A stretch of 64,000 bases of DNA from Phoronis australis (taxonomy: Eukaryota; Animalia; Phoronida). The position numbers and the translations under genes are program-made. Numbering within the stretch: the stretch's first letter is position 1; the number at the start of each line of letters is the position of its first letter. Positions 13,201-27,028 of the stretch are shown one piece after another. The stretch covers positions 12,182 through 76,181 of the forward strand of contig NMRA01000044.1 of NCBI GenBank assembly GCA_002633005.1, read 5' to 3'. A model generated the notes under the pieces. That model was not told the origin of the DNA, made no database searches, and worked only from the letters and a program-made list of their open reading frames with translations.

Positions 13201-15120
13201 TATTCAGTGGGGTAACTGGTGGGGAGAACATCACCGAACGATGTCGATAGAAACTTGATTGCTAGTGCCAAGTTACGTTATGTAGTCTCCCAAAGGTGCT
13301 TCAGCATCCACACACTTTTTGTCAGTTGGTTGACCCTTTGACCGCAATGCTCCACGAATGTAGTAACCTTAGGTCTTTTTGTAATTTGTGACCACCTGTC
13401 GAAGATTTGCACCAGGGAATATAGCAATAATAAGGCTTTGCGCGACGACGTATTTTGGTAACAATCCGTCTTTTTACCAGCTGTTTACATGCAGACAGCG
13501 ACGCATGCGCAATTCAATCACCACTAGTACAGCAGCGACACCGCGAGGAGCATTCTCCGAATAGCCCCATTCACAAATGATATGCGTGACCCTGACCTAG
13601 TTGCGAAAGTAGACCACCAAAAACCTGACCGTGACAGATTTGTGCGCAAATCGTTTGAACGCAGACCAAACAATGGCCGTAGTAAGAAGATTTTGACCCA
13701 AACATTGACCATGGGAAGTGGCCGTTTGACAATAAAACCTTTAATTACCATCATCATTCCAGAAATAAGGATGCCCACAGAGCAACCCATACTCGGTGTG
13801 GTTTATGTGGAAGAGACAATCTTCACCAATAAAAATTCCCATGTCAGGCAAAGGGTAAAACTTGTGGCAGCTGTGAAACCAGTCATGCAACCACACTGCA
13901 GAATCCCCTTTCCCGTTCTTGCGAAAGTAGAACCTAAGCTCAATGAACTTGAAGAAACTGACATAATCGAGGAAACAGAAGGTTCAACGACATAGATCCT
14001 GTCAATTGTGAACTGTACCCAAAGCCAATAACCCGGACGAAGTTTGAGTATGTGTAGACGTGCGGGCTGTCGACAAAGCCATCATCAGAGAGCGTCACAC
14101 AATACCTACAATTGACGATGTTGTACATGTAGGTGACCTGAATGGCTGCAAAATATTCACCAAAATCGACCTTCGCCAAGTTTACCACCCTGACTCCAGA
14201 AACATTTATTTTCTACACACACACAGGCCTATGGCGAAACAAGTGACTTAAGGTTGGAATGTCTTGTTCAGCAGAAATTTTCCAAAAGATCATGACCGAG
14301 ACCATTGCAAATATCCCTGGCACAAGAAACAACCGTGATGATATCTATGTAGGACGCAGGAGCTTTGAAGAACATTCTATGCGCCTGTGAGCTGTTGAAC
14401 TCGTCTTGAAAAAAGAACCTGCGAATCAACTCAGGCAAATGCAATTTCTGCACAAAAATCACGATACTCTTTGGACACACAATCTCTGGCGACGGACTTT
14501 ATCCTGTTCCGAAGAAAATAAACTAGATTCAGTCATTTGCACCCCCAACCAGTGTGTCTGATGCGTCAAGTCTGCTGAATTTTACGGCATCTTGCTCCAG
14601 GTACATCAAGAATTTTTCCATTATCACCCGACCACTTACACTGCCCACTCGTCAAAACAAATCCTAGTAATGAGGAAACAATGAGGTGAAGGCTTTGAAT
14701 GACTTGAAGCATGCATTATAAGAAAGTACCACGCTTGCCTACATTGATCCTAATAAGGAGACAATCGTCTACACAGACGCAAACCCAATCGGTCTATGAG
14801 TTGCGTCATGCAGAATGGGCCACACGATGTCGCTCCTGTCCTCTTGGTTTTTGTCACTTACTCCTTGAATGCTTAAGAATTCCGAAACCCTCAGATAGAT
14901 CACGAAGCGCTTTCCATTTTTGGGCGATAAAACGGCTCCACTTGTACACCTATGGTAAATACTTCAGAGTGGTGCCAGGACATCAGCCGCTTGTAACCAG
15001 ACGTAAAAACCTACCGCACGAGATGAACGTTGGCTGTTGGAACTGCAACGGTACAAGTTTACATTGGAGTATGAGCCGGGCAAACACAACCCTTCAGACT
15101 ACGTTTCACGACGTCCCAAG
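10291..15120 (+). mobile_element. Decayed Ty3/Gypsy LTR retrotransposon (gag, RT, RNase H), interrupted by a DNA transposon
   Basis: Short TG..CA LTR-like piece 10291-10363 followed by PBS-like tggcgact. Gag reads MATRSG...WQDWL...KLNNHFIPKKNKRHARFSF, with a zinc knuckle CQAKGKTCGSC at ~13840. RT motifs: RIPFPV, AIIRERHTIPTIDD, FTKIDLRQ, RNNRDDIYV. RNase H motifs: TIVYTDANPIG, LHLYTYGK, YKFTLEYEPGKHNPSDYVSR. Many stops and frameshifts; protease and integrase not seen. Confidence 0.9.
10893..13568 (-). mobile_element. ISL2EU-type DNA transposon remnant (THAP + SWIM-like) with AT TSD, nested in Gypsy gag
   Basis: TIRs ggggctatttggaaaat..tgtactagtggtgat and atcaccactagtaca..attctccgaatagcccc, with AT on both sides (10891-92, 13569-70). 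Minus strand carries THAP-like CYIPWCKSS..W..VC at ~13300-13430 and SWIM-like CTLCHAALM at ~11520-11545. Confidence 0.7.
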
Positions 15121-15579
15121 GGCACAGCGATTCATCGACACTGCGTGCAAATTTGGGATTTTTCTAAAAAACCCTCCACCTCACACCCCTCGATCCACGA
15201 CCCCTCGACCCATCACTAACATTGCCCAAAGTTATCAACTCACCTTTTGCTTCGCTGGGTCTGTACAGCTGTACATATCGGCACAACTAGCATCAGACAG
15301 TCACACGTTTCAAACACACCATAAACAAGGCGTATGTAATAGAACCAGAAACAACACAGCTTTTCTGAGAGAAACGGCAGACTGATCCCCGAAGCACCGA
15401 AAACAGAAGCGCCGCCGATGGATAGGAATCACAAAATCTTTTGCAGTTTGGTGGATCAGAGCGTCACAACAGCTGACTGGGGAAAGTTGGCACGCGAGCT
15501 GTCGCGCTCTTTCTGCACCAGACCTAGTTGCTGTGTGGAGCCAGAGGGTGCCCTGATGTGTTCGTAGATGTATGCTGCA

Positions 15580-15830
15580 ACAATGTCTCACGGGTTCCTG
15601 GTAGCAGGCAATAGCACGCGCTTTATCAATGGTTGATGTAACCTCGGCAGTCATTGGTTAGCTTTACAACAAAGTGAAAAAATGGCGGACTATGAACGAT
15701 TTTTAGCCTTGTCATGCAAGTGTTGTAGCAGCTAGCAACTATTTTGTTTCTGCAGTAATGTTTAATAGCCACATGGTAGAAGCACATACGTGTACAATAA
15801 ACACCTATCTGGCCGATTTAACCGGTGTAT
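15580..15830 (+). repeat. Dispersed repeat, copy 1 (direct copy at ~41093-41337)
   Basis: Shared block gcacgcgcttta.caatggt.gatgtaacctcgg.agtcattggt.agctttacaaca...tatctggccgatttaaccggt. Confidence 0.8.
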
Positions 15831-17601
15831 TATTCAAACTGTATGACTACAGGACAGCATCGTAGGCTAAACAAAAGTCAGCAACAGTAGAAAGATGCAC
15901 TCCGAATAGACGCAACCACGATTATCTGGGATTCGCATTTCTTGAACATGAATTTTAAAGCACCGATTTATCTGTACAACATACCACATTTACAATACGC
16001 CATCAGTCATGCCAGTTTGTTTGGGCAAAGCTCTGCCTGTTGAGGATTGGACCACCCAATCAGAAACACCGGCGTAAAAAAATTCCCGAGAAAAATTAAA
16101 GTCCAAGAAGCACACGTTGTTAGCACTTATTACATGGTTAGAGGATGTTATAAGGATCCAAGAAGTACCTACCCCATATCTAGTACACAATCCGTAATCG
16201 AATAAAGTTTAAATAAACGCGCCACTCACGATTCGGACCGGAAGAACACACCACCATTTTAAACTTACCAAGAACCCGGAAGTACAATTCATTCAGGAAC
16301 CCAGGCTTATTATGCGCCGTCTGTGCGACTCGAGCAGTGTCTGTTACCAGCCTGCAAACGGGGATGAAGTAATCGACAGCGCTCCTTAATGTTAATAAAT
16401 TATATCGAAATTGCTGACGAAATGTTGCGAATAAATTTTGACAGAAATTATTTAGCCGGACTTGGGCCCGCAGCCGATCGGACCCCGTGCGGACCGAGAC
16501 CAGCCTCCCGTTCAGTAACGCTAGGACATCACTAAAAAACAAGCCAGACTTTAAGAGATTACGTGAGATATTGCAGTGTATTTTAAATGAGAACACGTGA
16601 CTTTGACTAGATTTTAGCTAGGTCCTGGCGCAGGTCCTAGCGTCTACTGAACGCACACCAGACCCTGGCGAAAGGTAGGCATGCGGTTGCAAGATGTTTT
16701 GTCTAAGTAAAAGGTTCAAATTATAAATGGCGTTACGTGATACAAAGGTAGTTTCAGACACTTGCATTAATTACGGGCTAGTTAGTCCTGTGTCACACTG
16801 CCGCGGATGCCCTTAGGTTAGCTAGCCTGCCAGCTACCATCAATATGAAGACTGTCATCAAAATACAGCCAAAGCTAAGCCTACCTGGTCCCTGGCCACA
16901 AGTCTCGCTCAAACGAGGTTTATTTAGAACTGTCTCAAGTTGTTGGCTTTCAAGAGAGATATGCCCAGACTTTGCATGAGCGGACTTACCAAGCGGAGCC
17001 TAAAAAATGAGGGGCTCGAGTTTTTGAGAATGCGTACCTTTTACTATAAGATTTACTGGGTATGTTCAGAGCTATGAATTGCAGACGCCAAATTTCGATA
17101 CTTCCTGCCTTCTGGCTGGCTTTTGTCTCGTTTTCTACTTTTTTCGAGTTCTTGCTTCTCTAACTGAGGCAGATTTCCATTTCACCAAATATGGTGCTCG
17201 TTCGAGCACGTAGGTATATATGACAAGTCCAATACAAAATTTTGTAATGTTTTATTTATTAAACAGTGAGTACAAAGGAAATGACCTTACAACTGAATCA
17301 CATCGATAACTGTAATTTGAATGGAGGTGGCAGTCTCAACGACAGAATTGCAAGTACCCATGAAATGAAAAACTTCCAGTGAACTTGACTTTCAACTGTA
17401 TGATGTCTCTTCAAATTTATGTATTAATAGTGAACCCAAGGCATCAAGAAATGTTGCCTGAAGATGCTAGTTCTTTTTTTGTAGCAACGTTTGTCAAAAT
17501 ATCAACGTTCAATCTTCACAAAATATGAATTTTCCGGTTGTACATGCCTTTCAGTTCAGCAAAAGTCGCCATGTTGTCGGTGTCGCGGGAAATGATACTA
17601 A

Positions 17602-19270
17602 TAGGCTATGGGCCGTAGCTCCAGTCTTTTCATCCTGTGACCATGTCAGGGGAGTAACTTGATTTTTTCTGTATGGCTAGATATACCATCAAGCAACTGA
17701 TACCTGAAAAGTTCCCATGTTTTAAGTTGCACATTTTTTTGTAAAAAAACGTTTTTTGGGAATCCAAATGTTACATTATTGAAGAAGAGGTGGCGCAAAC
17801 TCCAACAAAAGATGCATCAAGATGGCATCTTAAGCCAATCACAAGCTCAGAAATTAAGTAGCTGCTGACCTAATCTAACATGGAGATGCTGTCAATGAAT
17901 ACTACATACACTTTCAAGCAGTAAGTTCATCGGATTTGTTGAGTTTCTTGAAACTGACATGGGCAAAAAGCATTGACTGTGTGAAAGAATGACTTTCGCT
18001 AGGACATGAAGGCAGTAATAAACACGTGTGTCACCAGCTGGCATTTGCATCAAGTAACTTCAGGGATTGTTACATAAGCTTACTGACGCTACAAAGATTG
18101 AAAGAGCAAAAAGAAAAGATTGCGAAACTACAAAGTATGCCGGGAACAGAACCCGCTGATTTCTACCAAGATGATGATGAGACTTAATTTTTTTCTGGGA
18201 GTATGATAAATTGACGCAAGTCACTGAGTCATTGCCAGTGTAATCAGTGCCTCAATGGGAAACCGGCCACTTCAAATCCAAGTCAAATTTCAACACTATT
18301 TCAACACTATTTAATTTGGCAAAGCAGTGATTAAAATCAATCAGTCATGCCATATTTATGCAAAACGACTCAATACAGTACTTGTTATTTAGTGAATGAA
18401 AATGAAAATTTATTAGTTTATTTGAATAAAAAAATATTTAAGGGAAAGTAAAATTTAGAATACTTGCATGATTGTAAAGAATTGCGTGCATATCTTAGTA
18501 TGTTAATTTTCAAACAAAAGTTTGTTTTCAAGACCATTTTGCATGAGTATCTTTTTCACTTTTGAGCACAACCGGCTAGGCCTTGTATATGCACGTCTTA
18601 TTTTGAGTGTTTTCTATCTGTCTTGTAACCATTCGTTGCAATTCCATTCGGTAATTGTAATAAAGAATTGAGTACATGTCAACATATATCGTTTTGTAGG
18701 GTAGGCCTACAATGCTTTCCATATTTTTAAACTCTAACCACGGTTTTCATTTTGAATTTGCTTGATTGTAGGTGGGTTGGTTTTGGATGCTACTAAGGCA
18801 GAAAATGACATGGACCTTTTGATCAGGTTGCAGGGAACAGATCTGGTAGCACTTGAAGCCAAATACTACCGTTCTTGCTACAAAAGCTTCGCAAGGCCAC
18901 TGACAAAACAAAAAACTGACGATAGTGAAACCAGTGAAATTTATTTCAAGAGTTTTGCTTTGAAGTTTTGGAGCAACGAATAATATTGCATGTGGAAATA
19001 TTGCATTTGACTCTGTTAAAGTCATTCCTCGAGGAAACTTTGTCCAGAAGAGGTTGTAATGTATGTGTCCGAACAGGAAATCTGAAATCGAAATTACAGA
19101 GAATTTACCCTATTCTACAATCCCTTAGTCCAAAACGGAATCAGAGTGAATTGTTGTTAAACAAACATCTGTTGTTGTGTAAATGCTGGACTAAAATGCA
19201 CTGAAATGTGCAACTCCCAAAACTGTGAGAATGTCAAAATGAGTGATGAAATTGAGTCAGATGATGAGTG
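17602..19270 (+). mobile_element. Internally deleted Academ-type element (N-terminal motifs fused to Cys-rich C-terminus)
   Basis: FRDCYISL at ~18060 and GTDLVALEAKYYRSCYKSF at ~18830-18890 (DLVAxxxxYHxxCY motif). CCVNAGLKCTEMCNSQNCEN...ESDDE* lies at ~19170-19270. The transposase core is absent. The TAG-starting left end is tentative. Confidence 0.55.
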
Positions 19271-19439
19271 ACGGTGTGATGGACTTGCATCCCAGCCGGA
19301 GGACTTGGGAAGACATCTTCTCAAAAGACAGAAACCAGGCTAGAACTGACCCAGTGAGCCTGGTGATTTGAGAAACATTTTTCTATTTTCATATTTACGT
19401 CTCTAGTAATGGGTTTTTTTGAAAATAAGCGCGCGTTCA

Positions 19440-21250
19440 ACAGGTTATCTTGGAATTTTTATGTAAAGCATTACATTTCTTTAATTTTCCTAAATATTTT
19501 GTAGATTGGGTTAGCCTTTTAAATAACGGATACACGTACCGTGTATTACAACGTGGGTTCACCTCGGAATCCTTGAATATTGGAAGAGGTTGTCGTCAAG
19601 GTCATCCAGTTTTTCCGTATTTATTTATCCTGTGTAAGATAATTTTAGCCCTGTTATTTTATTTCAAAAAAAAATAAAATTAAGTGCCTAAAATGTATAA
19701 CACTACAGAAGTGCTCACAGTATATGGAAAATCGCGCATTATGCCGATGAAACGATTTGGGTACTTGATTGCTCCCACAAAAAAAAACACTTATCATTTT
19801 CTGGGCCAATTTTTAAATACTCTGGTTTAAAACTAAATGTTGAAAAACTCTTTGTGTCTAGATTGATAGCGACTATTTTTTGTGTTCAGATTCTGATCTT
19901 GTTTGGTCTAAATCTCACTTCTTTGTATCAGGAGTAAAGTTTATTTTAACTCTTTCATACATTTCAGACCTAAATATTGATGAAACCTACAAGACATTGA
20001 AAAAGATTTAAAACTGGTCAAAAAATTTTGGCAGAATTACTGTACTAAAACTGTTTGTCATTTAAAAGTTAGCCCATTTACTCATTTCTGTTCCATCACC
20101 ATCTCCGAAAAGAATAAAAAATTAGAGAACATATTATAACTAGCAGGGTACATGTAAGATTGATAGAATCAGCAGAACAACAATGGTACAATATTTCTCT
20201 AGGCAAGCGGTAAAATAATGCACGTTGAATCCTTTATTAAGACTTTTAAAAATTTCATGGACGACAAAATTAGTACTTAACAAAGAAGAACCATGGATAC
20301 AGCTTGTTTTTATAATCAGTTTAAGAAACACGCAATTTGTTGCACTTTGGTGATTCTATTTTCAATCTTTCGGCAAAAAAGTAACTAACCCCTTCTGGAA
20401 GGAGGTGTTTTTACATGAGTGTGAGCTTAAATTCAAAACTAAATTAGGCATACACGATTTTCTTTCTGAGCCAGTGTGGTATAACTCAAATTTTCCTATT
20501 GTTGGCAATGCTACTTGTTTCAAACGATGTTATGAGAAAGGAGCCATCTGGGTATGTGACCCTTTGGATAGTGGTAAATTTTTGTCTTATCAAAACTTTT
20601 GCGTGGGATTTGGTTTTGTCTCACATTTAGGTTCCTTTGACCTAAATTCTGTTTTTGTTACTTTGCTTTGTTAATTTTTTAAGTGTCTCGTTTAGGGAGT
20701 TTTCAAATGAAAAGCCTACACTCCATTAATTGGCGGTTACTATAAAACTCCCAAATCTGATATGGGAAAACTGCTTAAATAATTTTCCAGGCAAGAGAGG
20801 TGGGGAAAACTCTATAGTTCATCTTTTCTGTTTTACTTCTGATATAAAACTTAATTGGTTTCAATTTAGACTATTGCATAGAATTAAAAGTTGTAATTCT
20901 TTTTTTCATAAAATTGGGGTCAAGAACTCGGAAACATGTAATTTTTGTAAAGAGGAATCATTATTGACATTGTCCTCGTATTAAGTCCGTTTGGCATTCG
21001 TTCGTATTATGGTTTTAAGAAAACTTCTGTAATGTTTATTTATGTGCTTATACATATTTTCTGAAACTTGGCCCACCAGATATTATTAACCTCACAATGT
21101 GTTTCACTACTTTTTACATATATCAAAGCAGACTAAAGAATTTACCTACCCCTTTAGATCGACAACAGAAATTCTATATTATTTTAAAGTTAAAAAGTTA
21201 AAAGTATTTTTCGTAAAAAGTATAAATTTGTTGAAATACATGGTATCCTG
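19440..21250 (+). mobile_element. Decayed Tx1/L1-clade LINE ORF2 (RT + C-terminal Cys-rich domain), 5' truncated
   Basis: FNFPKYFVDWV...IGRGCRQGHPVFPYLFILC, HYADET, SGLKLNVEK, PVWYNSNF and LNWFQFRLLHRI...CNFCKEES, spread across broken frames. Confidence 0.88.
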
Positions 21251-21629
21251 TATATTAGCACTTGAGGTTTGAATGTGGCGTGAATGAAAGTGCTGTCTCA
21301 GTTTTCATTTGCTAAATATTTAATCGTCAGCAACTCAGGCGCGGATTCCTCGGTAACTACAGTATCAAATATTTTTGTTATTTAACTATTTTCAGGAGAT
21401 GTTACACGCCCAGTGAAAAGTTGCCCTTGTTTTCATCTTCGTTATCTCTTTTCAAGTAATAAATCGTCACATTTAAAACTGTTTCTTTTACTAGAGAAAA
21501 CTTGCAGCCTAACGCGCAAGTACATATTACATAATATAGGATATAATCAGCCATGTGAACAGTCTGAGTGAAGTATTTAACAAATCTGCGGAAAAACGAA
21601 AGAACCTTAGAAATTCCAAACTTATGGGA

Positions 21630-21790
21630 TAAATACAAAATGTACCTCTATTGGCGTACATGAAGTAATGTTCTACTTGACATTATTCCTAGGATTGACT
21701 TCGACATTCGGTCTCGGTCGATACGCGTACTAATGTCTCGTGGGATATTACTTCATGTACGCCAATCTCGGTACGTTATGTGTATTTCCC
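21630..21790. repeat. Short palindromic/foldback non-autonomous element
   Basis: ttggcgtacatgaagtaat (21651-21669) versus attacttcatgtacgccaa (~21747-21765). The arms extend outward imperfectly. Confidence 0.7.
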
Positions 21791-23828
21791 TTGGATGAAA
21801 GCTATTGAAGTATTGTTCACTTGACATTGTTTAGTGGCGCCAGTAGATTGTTACACAGATGTCTTGAAAAAGATACCGATTTACCACTCTCATTTAGTAG
21901 TTTTACTACACTACTCCCGTTATGCCATTTTAAGGTTATATTTAATACAATGCTTTACCAAATCTTCCCCTACTGCCATGAGAATGAAACTTGGACAAAT
22001 GTTGACAAAACATATTGTAATGTTTTGTAATTTCCTCATTGGGTATTTCTTCACAAATATTCAAATCAGATTGTCTGTTGATCATATGTTTATGCAATGC
22101 ATTGTAATATCAAATGAATGGTAAGTTTAGTGGCATAACAACAATTTTTCATACGACTTAAAACAAAGGCCGCAGAAATCTTTTGTTTTCCTGACGAAAT
22201 GCCAAGTTTGCAGTTCTCTAAAAACATTCGAAATAATACGAACGGCAAGACAAACTCCACCACTGTCCTTGGCAACTCATTGCATGCATATCGTCCATCG
22301 GTCGTATCATTGTTTTCCCTTGTTTTGTCATTGTTGGATATAACAACACAGGTGGAATCGATATAGAACCTTGGGCGTACATCAGACCGTTGCCGATAAA
22401 TGCTTGTCATTATCTTTATTATAACAACGGGAACAATGAATATGTTAATCTATTATTTTCTATGCTTTCAGATTTTTCGCGTATGACCACAGAAGAGAAA
22501 TCCCAAAGTATCCACAAACACTTATCAAGCACACGAATCCTTTCCGTGGAACGTAGACACCATTTTTATATCCATGTATTGTGTTGTATTGCTCATGGTA
22601 CGGATTCAGATTCCGTTGTATAAAGTCTCCAATCCCCAACCTTGTAATACATGTATGTAGTTTAAGTAAAAGTTCTAGAAATTGGAAGTTTATGGATTTA
22701 TTCTCCTTTAAATGAAGAGTACATGTACAGATCAAATTCTGCACTGCTTTTTCAAAAGTAATCACTTACTGCAAGATCACACAGCTAAAAAAATTAAAAA
22801 AATTTTTGACAGTTTTATTTCTTATCTCATTTGAAAGCTTTTATCACTTTCAAGGGCATGGAGTGTTCTACATGCCCATGATATTGTTTTCAATTTTCTC
22901 GTGGGGGCAGCTTCGCTATAAGGGTATAACTTACTGCTGGTTTTTAATAAGCATGAAATGTACCTCCACGGAAAATGTTTCAGTGTTACCATGGTAATCG
23001 ATATTTTAGTGTAGATGCCGTTTTTGCTTACATTGGTCATAAATCTTTCATGTTATCCAAATTATTCAGAAAAGATTCTTTTTGAAGCAGTAACTGCAGT
23101 AGAAATTTGTAGTCAAAAACGACTCATTCCGTATCAATAAATTGCCTCAATTTGCCATCCAGAAGACTACCCTAATATGTCCTAAACCACCAAACTCTGT
23201 GGTGTCATACTTCACCCAATTGTTTTCGTCCCTAATGTGATTAATTAGTCTCAAAGTCTGCTAAAGTGGAAACGGTGACCTACGCTTTTAGAGATTTACA
23301 TGACAACTTCGGTTAAAGACCACCCGAATGGTTTTGACACCATGGTACATGTACGTTTAAAGCAGCTTTAAATTAAATAGATCAGAAACGGTAACTCTAG
23401 AGATAATAACACATTATTTTTATTATTCCTCGTAAATGGGCCACTGGTCTCATACGAAAATATAAAGATTGCCATTTCACATCTGATATGTGACACCTTC
23501 GTTATCTACGCATGGTCTACACGCGTAGCAATAATACGATCTTATTTTTATGACGAATTTCCTACAAAGATCCCAATTTTCCATGGACATAGCAACATGA
23601 CATGTACTTCACAAATTCAATAACTTCAGTGCGTACTTCACAAACAAATTATGTGAGTATCTAAATCTTGTCAATACATACACAAAACGTATCGAAAGTG
23701 GCGTAGATGAAGTAATTTCCCACAAAACATTATTTCGCGGGTCGACCGAGACCGAGCAATTGTATTGCTTTAAACTATTTTTAGAATGTTTCATGATACA
23801 AATCATGCAACATACATTTTTAAAGTGA

Positions 23829-24594
23829 CTACTGTTTTAGTAGTCCGTAGTATGGCAACATAGCGGGATTTTTATTATAAGGAACATATTTAAATTGTGG
23901 ATTGATCATTGAGTAGTAAGGAGGTTGTCGCCTTCTTATGAACAAAGGATCCTCCCATACTCGATCACCGCGAAGAGAAACTGGGGCCAAATCCCTTTCC
24001 TCCTTCATTAAGACGTCATACCCTACAACACCTCCGCCTACTTTAGGGTAGACACTGTGTCCGCTGTTCAAGATATGCATTGGTGAATATACAACGGCTT
24101 GTCCCCGATATTTAACATAAACCCTGAATGGCATAATGACATCACCCATCCACCATGATTTCGATTCATATTTCACCGGTATCGGGAATAAATGAGGAGA
24201 TGCGTTCACATGGTGAGCAAACATGCACAAATCATAGCTTATCATGGGAAAAAACTCCGGGAATAGCATCGTGCTCCCATTCCTCATTGTGCAGCACGTG
24301 GAGAAGAAGTCCTCCTTGAACACGTGGGCATTTGTGGATGTAGAATAGATGGAGGTGCTGACAGCCGGTTTATTTTCGAGAAGAAAATTTTCAAACTGTC
24401 TCAGTATTGGAAGCGTTGAATCTACTTTAGCTCGAACGTTTACATCAAGAAGATCAGTGCGAGTTCTTTGTATATGCGCGTCCGCATCAATAAAAATGTA
24501 ATAAACTGCCCCTGCATTGGCCAAGTTCTTTGCTGTGTAGTTGTGTAGCATATTACGGCCAACGTTCAAAGTTGTATGGGGCGCGTAGAAATAC
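23829..24594 (-). CDS. Last coding exon of uncharacterised DxD-motif glycosyltransferase-like type II membrane protein
   Basis: Acceptor tttacag at 24595-24601. A phase-2 join restores ...HVR|YFYAPHTTLNVGRNML...YYIFIDAD. The 766-nt frame is uninterrupted to the stop at 23829. Confidence 0.85.
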
Positions 24595-25639
24595 CTGTAA
24601 ACAAAGAGTGTCAAGTTAGTCGAATGTTTTTCTCAGTGTAACATACCGAGATTTTATATGTGTATACAGCTGTATGTAATTGGAGCTTTGCATTCTTCCT
24701 GATTCAAATTTTCAACGTGATTAACGAAATCTTCTCAAACGGCGTCTAAGTATAACAATGAAATCGGGCACTGCAAGCAATGATCTGCTTGTTAACCTTT
24801 GCGATGTCCATTAAATCCTCGACGAGTGAAAAATCTAATTCCACGTCTTCAAACCTCAAAGAATCATTTGTTATCCCGCGACAGTCATTTGTGGAAAGCG
24901 ACTAGTTAATAAATATATTAGAAAGAATCGATTGCAGACAACTCCCTTTTTGACACGTAAATAACAACGGACATATTAATCATCAAATCTCCTTCTAAAA
25001 TAAAACAGTCGAAGCCTTCATTGTTGAAACTGTTGTCTCCGTTTTTTTCGTGGCCAAATAAAGAATCTAACACTGTTGCTTACAACAGTACACGATTAAG
25101 AAAGTGTGCAAGATTTTGTACAAATCCATTGTCACAAAAAAGAAACATCATTTTACCATTATCATCAGAAATAGAAAAAAAACGATGAAGATTAGTCAGG
25201 ACACGGCCGTTTCGCCTCCAGCGAAACCTTTGAGGGAATCTTACGTACTGTACATGTACATTTATAGAAAGGTAAATGGCAGCATTGAACCAATAGCTCT
25301 GCTGTATCTGAAGCCCATCGGAATTACGGTACGATTCTTTGAAGAAAACGATGGAGAGAGGATACAGAGGGAGTGATAGTGAGGGAGGGACAGAGGGAGG
25401 GGCCGGGAGGGAGGGAGGGAGGAAGAGATAGACAATTCTTGGAGAATTTTTTCTGTATAAAAGGTTAGGTACGTGTTTTGCACTAAATTAGTCTTACCCG
25501 CCGACAACACGCGAATGGTCGCCAGTGCTTTATACAAACCTCCTTTTTGAAAGGCATGTATTTTTGGACTCCTGCAATCTACATTGTATATTTTTTTCTT
25601 AAAATCGTTAACTATTTGTAGCTGCTGTCATTGTCTTAC

Positions 25640-25927
25640 CTTACATGTGGATAGGAATTGTTCGTGCACACCTTTTTGTAAGACAACACAACCACGAGGC
25701 AACGGCATTTTTCGGGATCACCAACAATGTCGGAGCGGAAGTGGTATGCAGACAAACACTGCGCTGTTTGCGTATGGTAAATGAATTTGACTCCCACCTC
25801 GGTATTTGCAGTGGTGTTCATAGGCTTTAAGGATGAATCTCGCACTTGGAACACATAGACTTGTTGACAGAGGAATCCGATTACAAAGACACCAGCTATC
25901 ACCAATGGCACAAATATACGTTGTGTT
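25640..25927 (-). CDS. Internal coding exon of the same gene (TM anchor and stem)
   Basis: Acceptor cgttacag ending at 25928 and donor AG|gtaag at 25640/25639. Encodes hydrophobic IFVPLVIAGVFVIGFLC and KFIYHTQTAQCL...IVGDPEKCRCLVVVLSYKKVC. Length 288 nt, phase 2 at both ends. Confidence 0.85.
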
Positions 25928-27014
25928 CTGTAACGAAAGTAACAAGAGGTTAAAAAGTTTAAAGACCTAGTCACACATGTTTTCAACGGTTATTAAGGTC
26001 TTAAATCATGCTTTTAAGAAGTTTTTGACACCTTCATGTTCTACAGAGTCATCCCAAGGAAACCCGTAGGCGAAAAATCCTTAAAAATTCGCACGTGGCA
26101 CGTGACAATCTGGAGCCGTGTGACATTCCGCCAATTTAGATTTATTGCGAATTCGGAAGTGAAATTCATTCAGGAACGATTGAGTAGCAAGGCCTCTATT
26201 CTGCTATGCGAAGAGTGCTTGACAGGGAGTAAAACTTGGGTAAACATTTTACATTACAACAAACATGCAATGAAAGAAATTCCGACAATTAGCGAATCAA
26301 AATATTAAGAAATAACATTTTGACAGGGAAAAACTATTCACTAGGAGGCGAAGAGGAGACAAAAACCAGCCATGATCATTGCCGGTGGTAATAGGGCCGT
26401 CCCGAATTACACGGCAATAGAACTCTCCCGTGTCTTGGAGATACGAAAGCGCGTGACCTAGTTTTGCAAATCAGGCACATTTTCGTGTCTCTCATTTATG
26501 TCGTGAAGCCGAACTTTTGCAGATCACGCATCACCGTTGACCAAACTTTTTCACGGCGAGGTTGCTGCTTACAAAACAGCGGTATTACTTCGTTGGCATT
26601 GAAAGGACGAACGGAGTAATGCAACCGAGATCAACTTGAAAAGAGCCAGACAACAACAAATGACATGTGAAAATCTAGTGCCACAAAAAACGAGGGATCA
26701 AATGCGCCTGACGGATGTTTACGGCATTGTGTGTAAATACTGCGAGATTCAGGAGTCGCTGTGTAATCGTGGACGTCCTTCTTACAGGCAAACTTTTATC
26801 ACGTTGAGACGAAGTCCTGGATTTGTACACAACTGAAATTTAGTAAATTGTTTTCTGATTTGGGCCGAGGTACAAAATTGCACCCTTACCTGAACCTGTA
26901 CGCGTAGAGGTGGAAACAAATGCGCTCACACACTGTTTGTGATAGTTTTTGTCTGGTCCAAAGTGCACTGTTTATTATCCAATGACAAAACAAAACAAAA
27001 GTATTACGTCTTAC

Positions 27015-27028
27015 CTGTAATCACACAT
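27015..27028 (-). CDS. Probable first coding exon (ATG TGT GAT TAC AG), within exon 27015-27120
   Basis: Donor AG|gtaag at 27015/27014 in phase 2 gives MCDYR|TQRIFVPL. Acceptor ttttttcag at 27121. Total CDS is 14+288+766=1068 nt, i.e. 355 aa plus stop. Confidence 0.7.

Noticed and set aside
14711-15385. 224-aa ORF as an independent gene
   Set aside because: A mosaic of frameshifted Gypsy RNase H sequence plus downstream non-coding DNA.
25217-25310. Possible extra exon in the GT-like gene intron
   Set aside because: Direct splicing 25640->24594 already gives a continuous frame, and this segment contains stops in the required phase.
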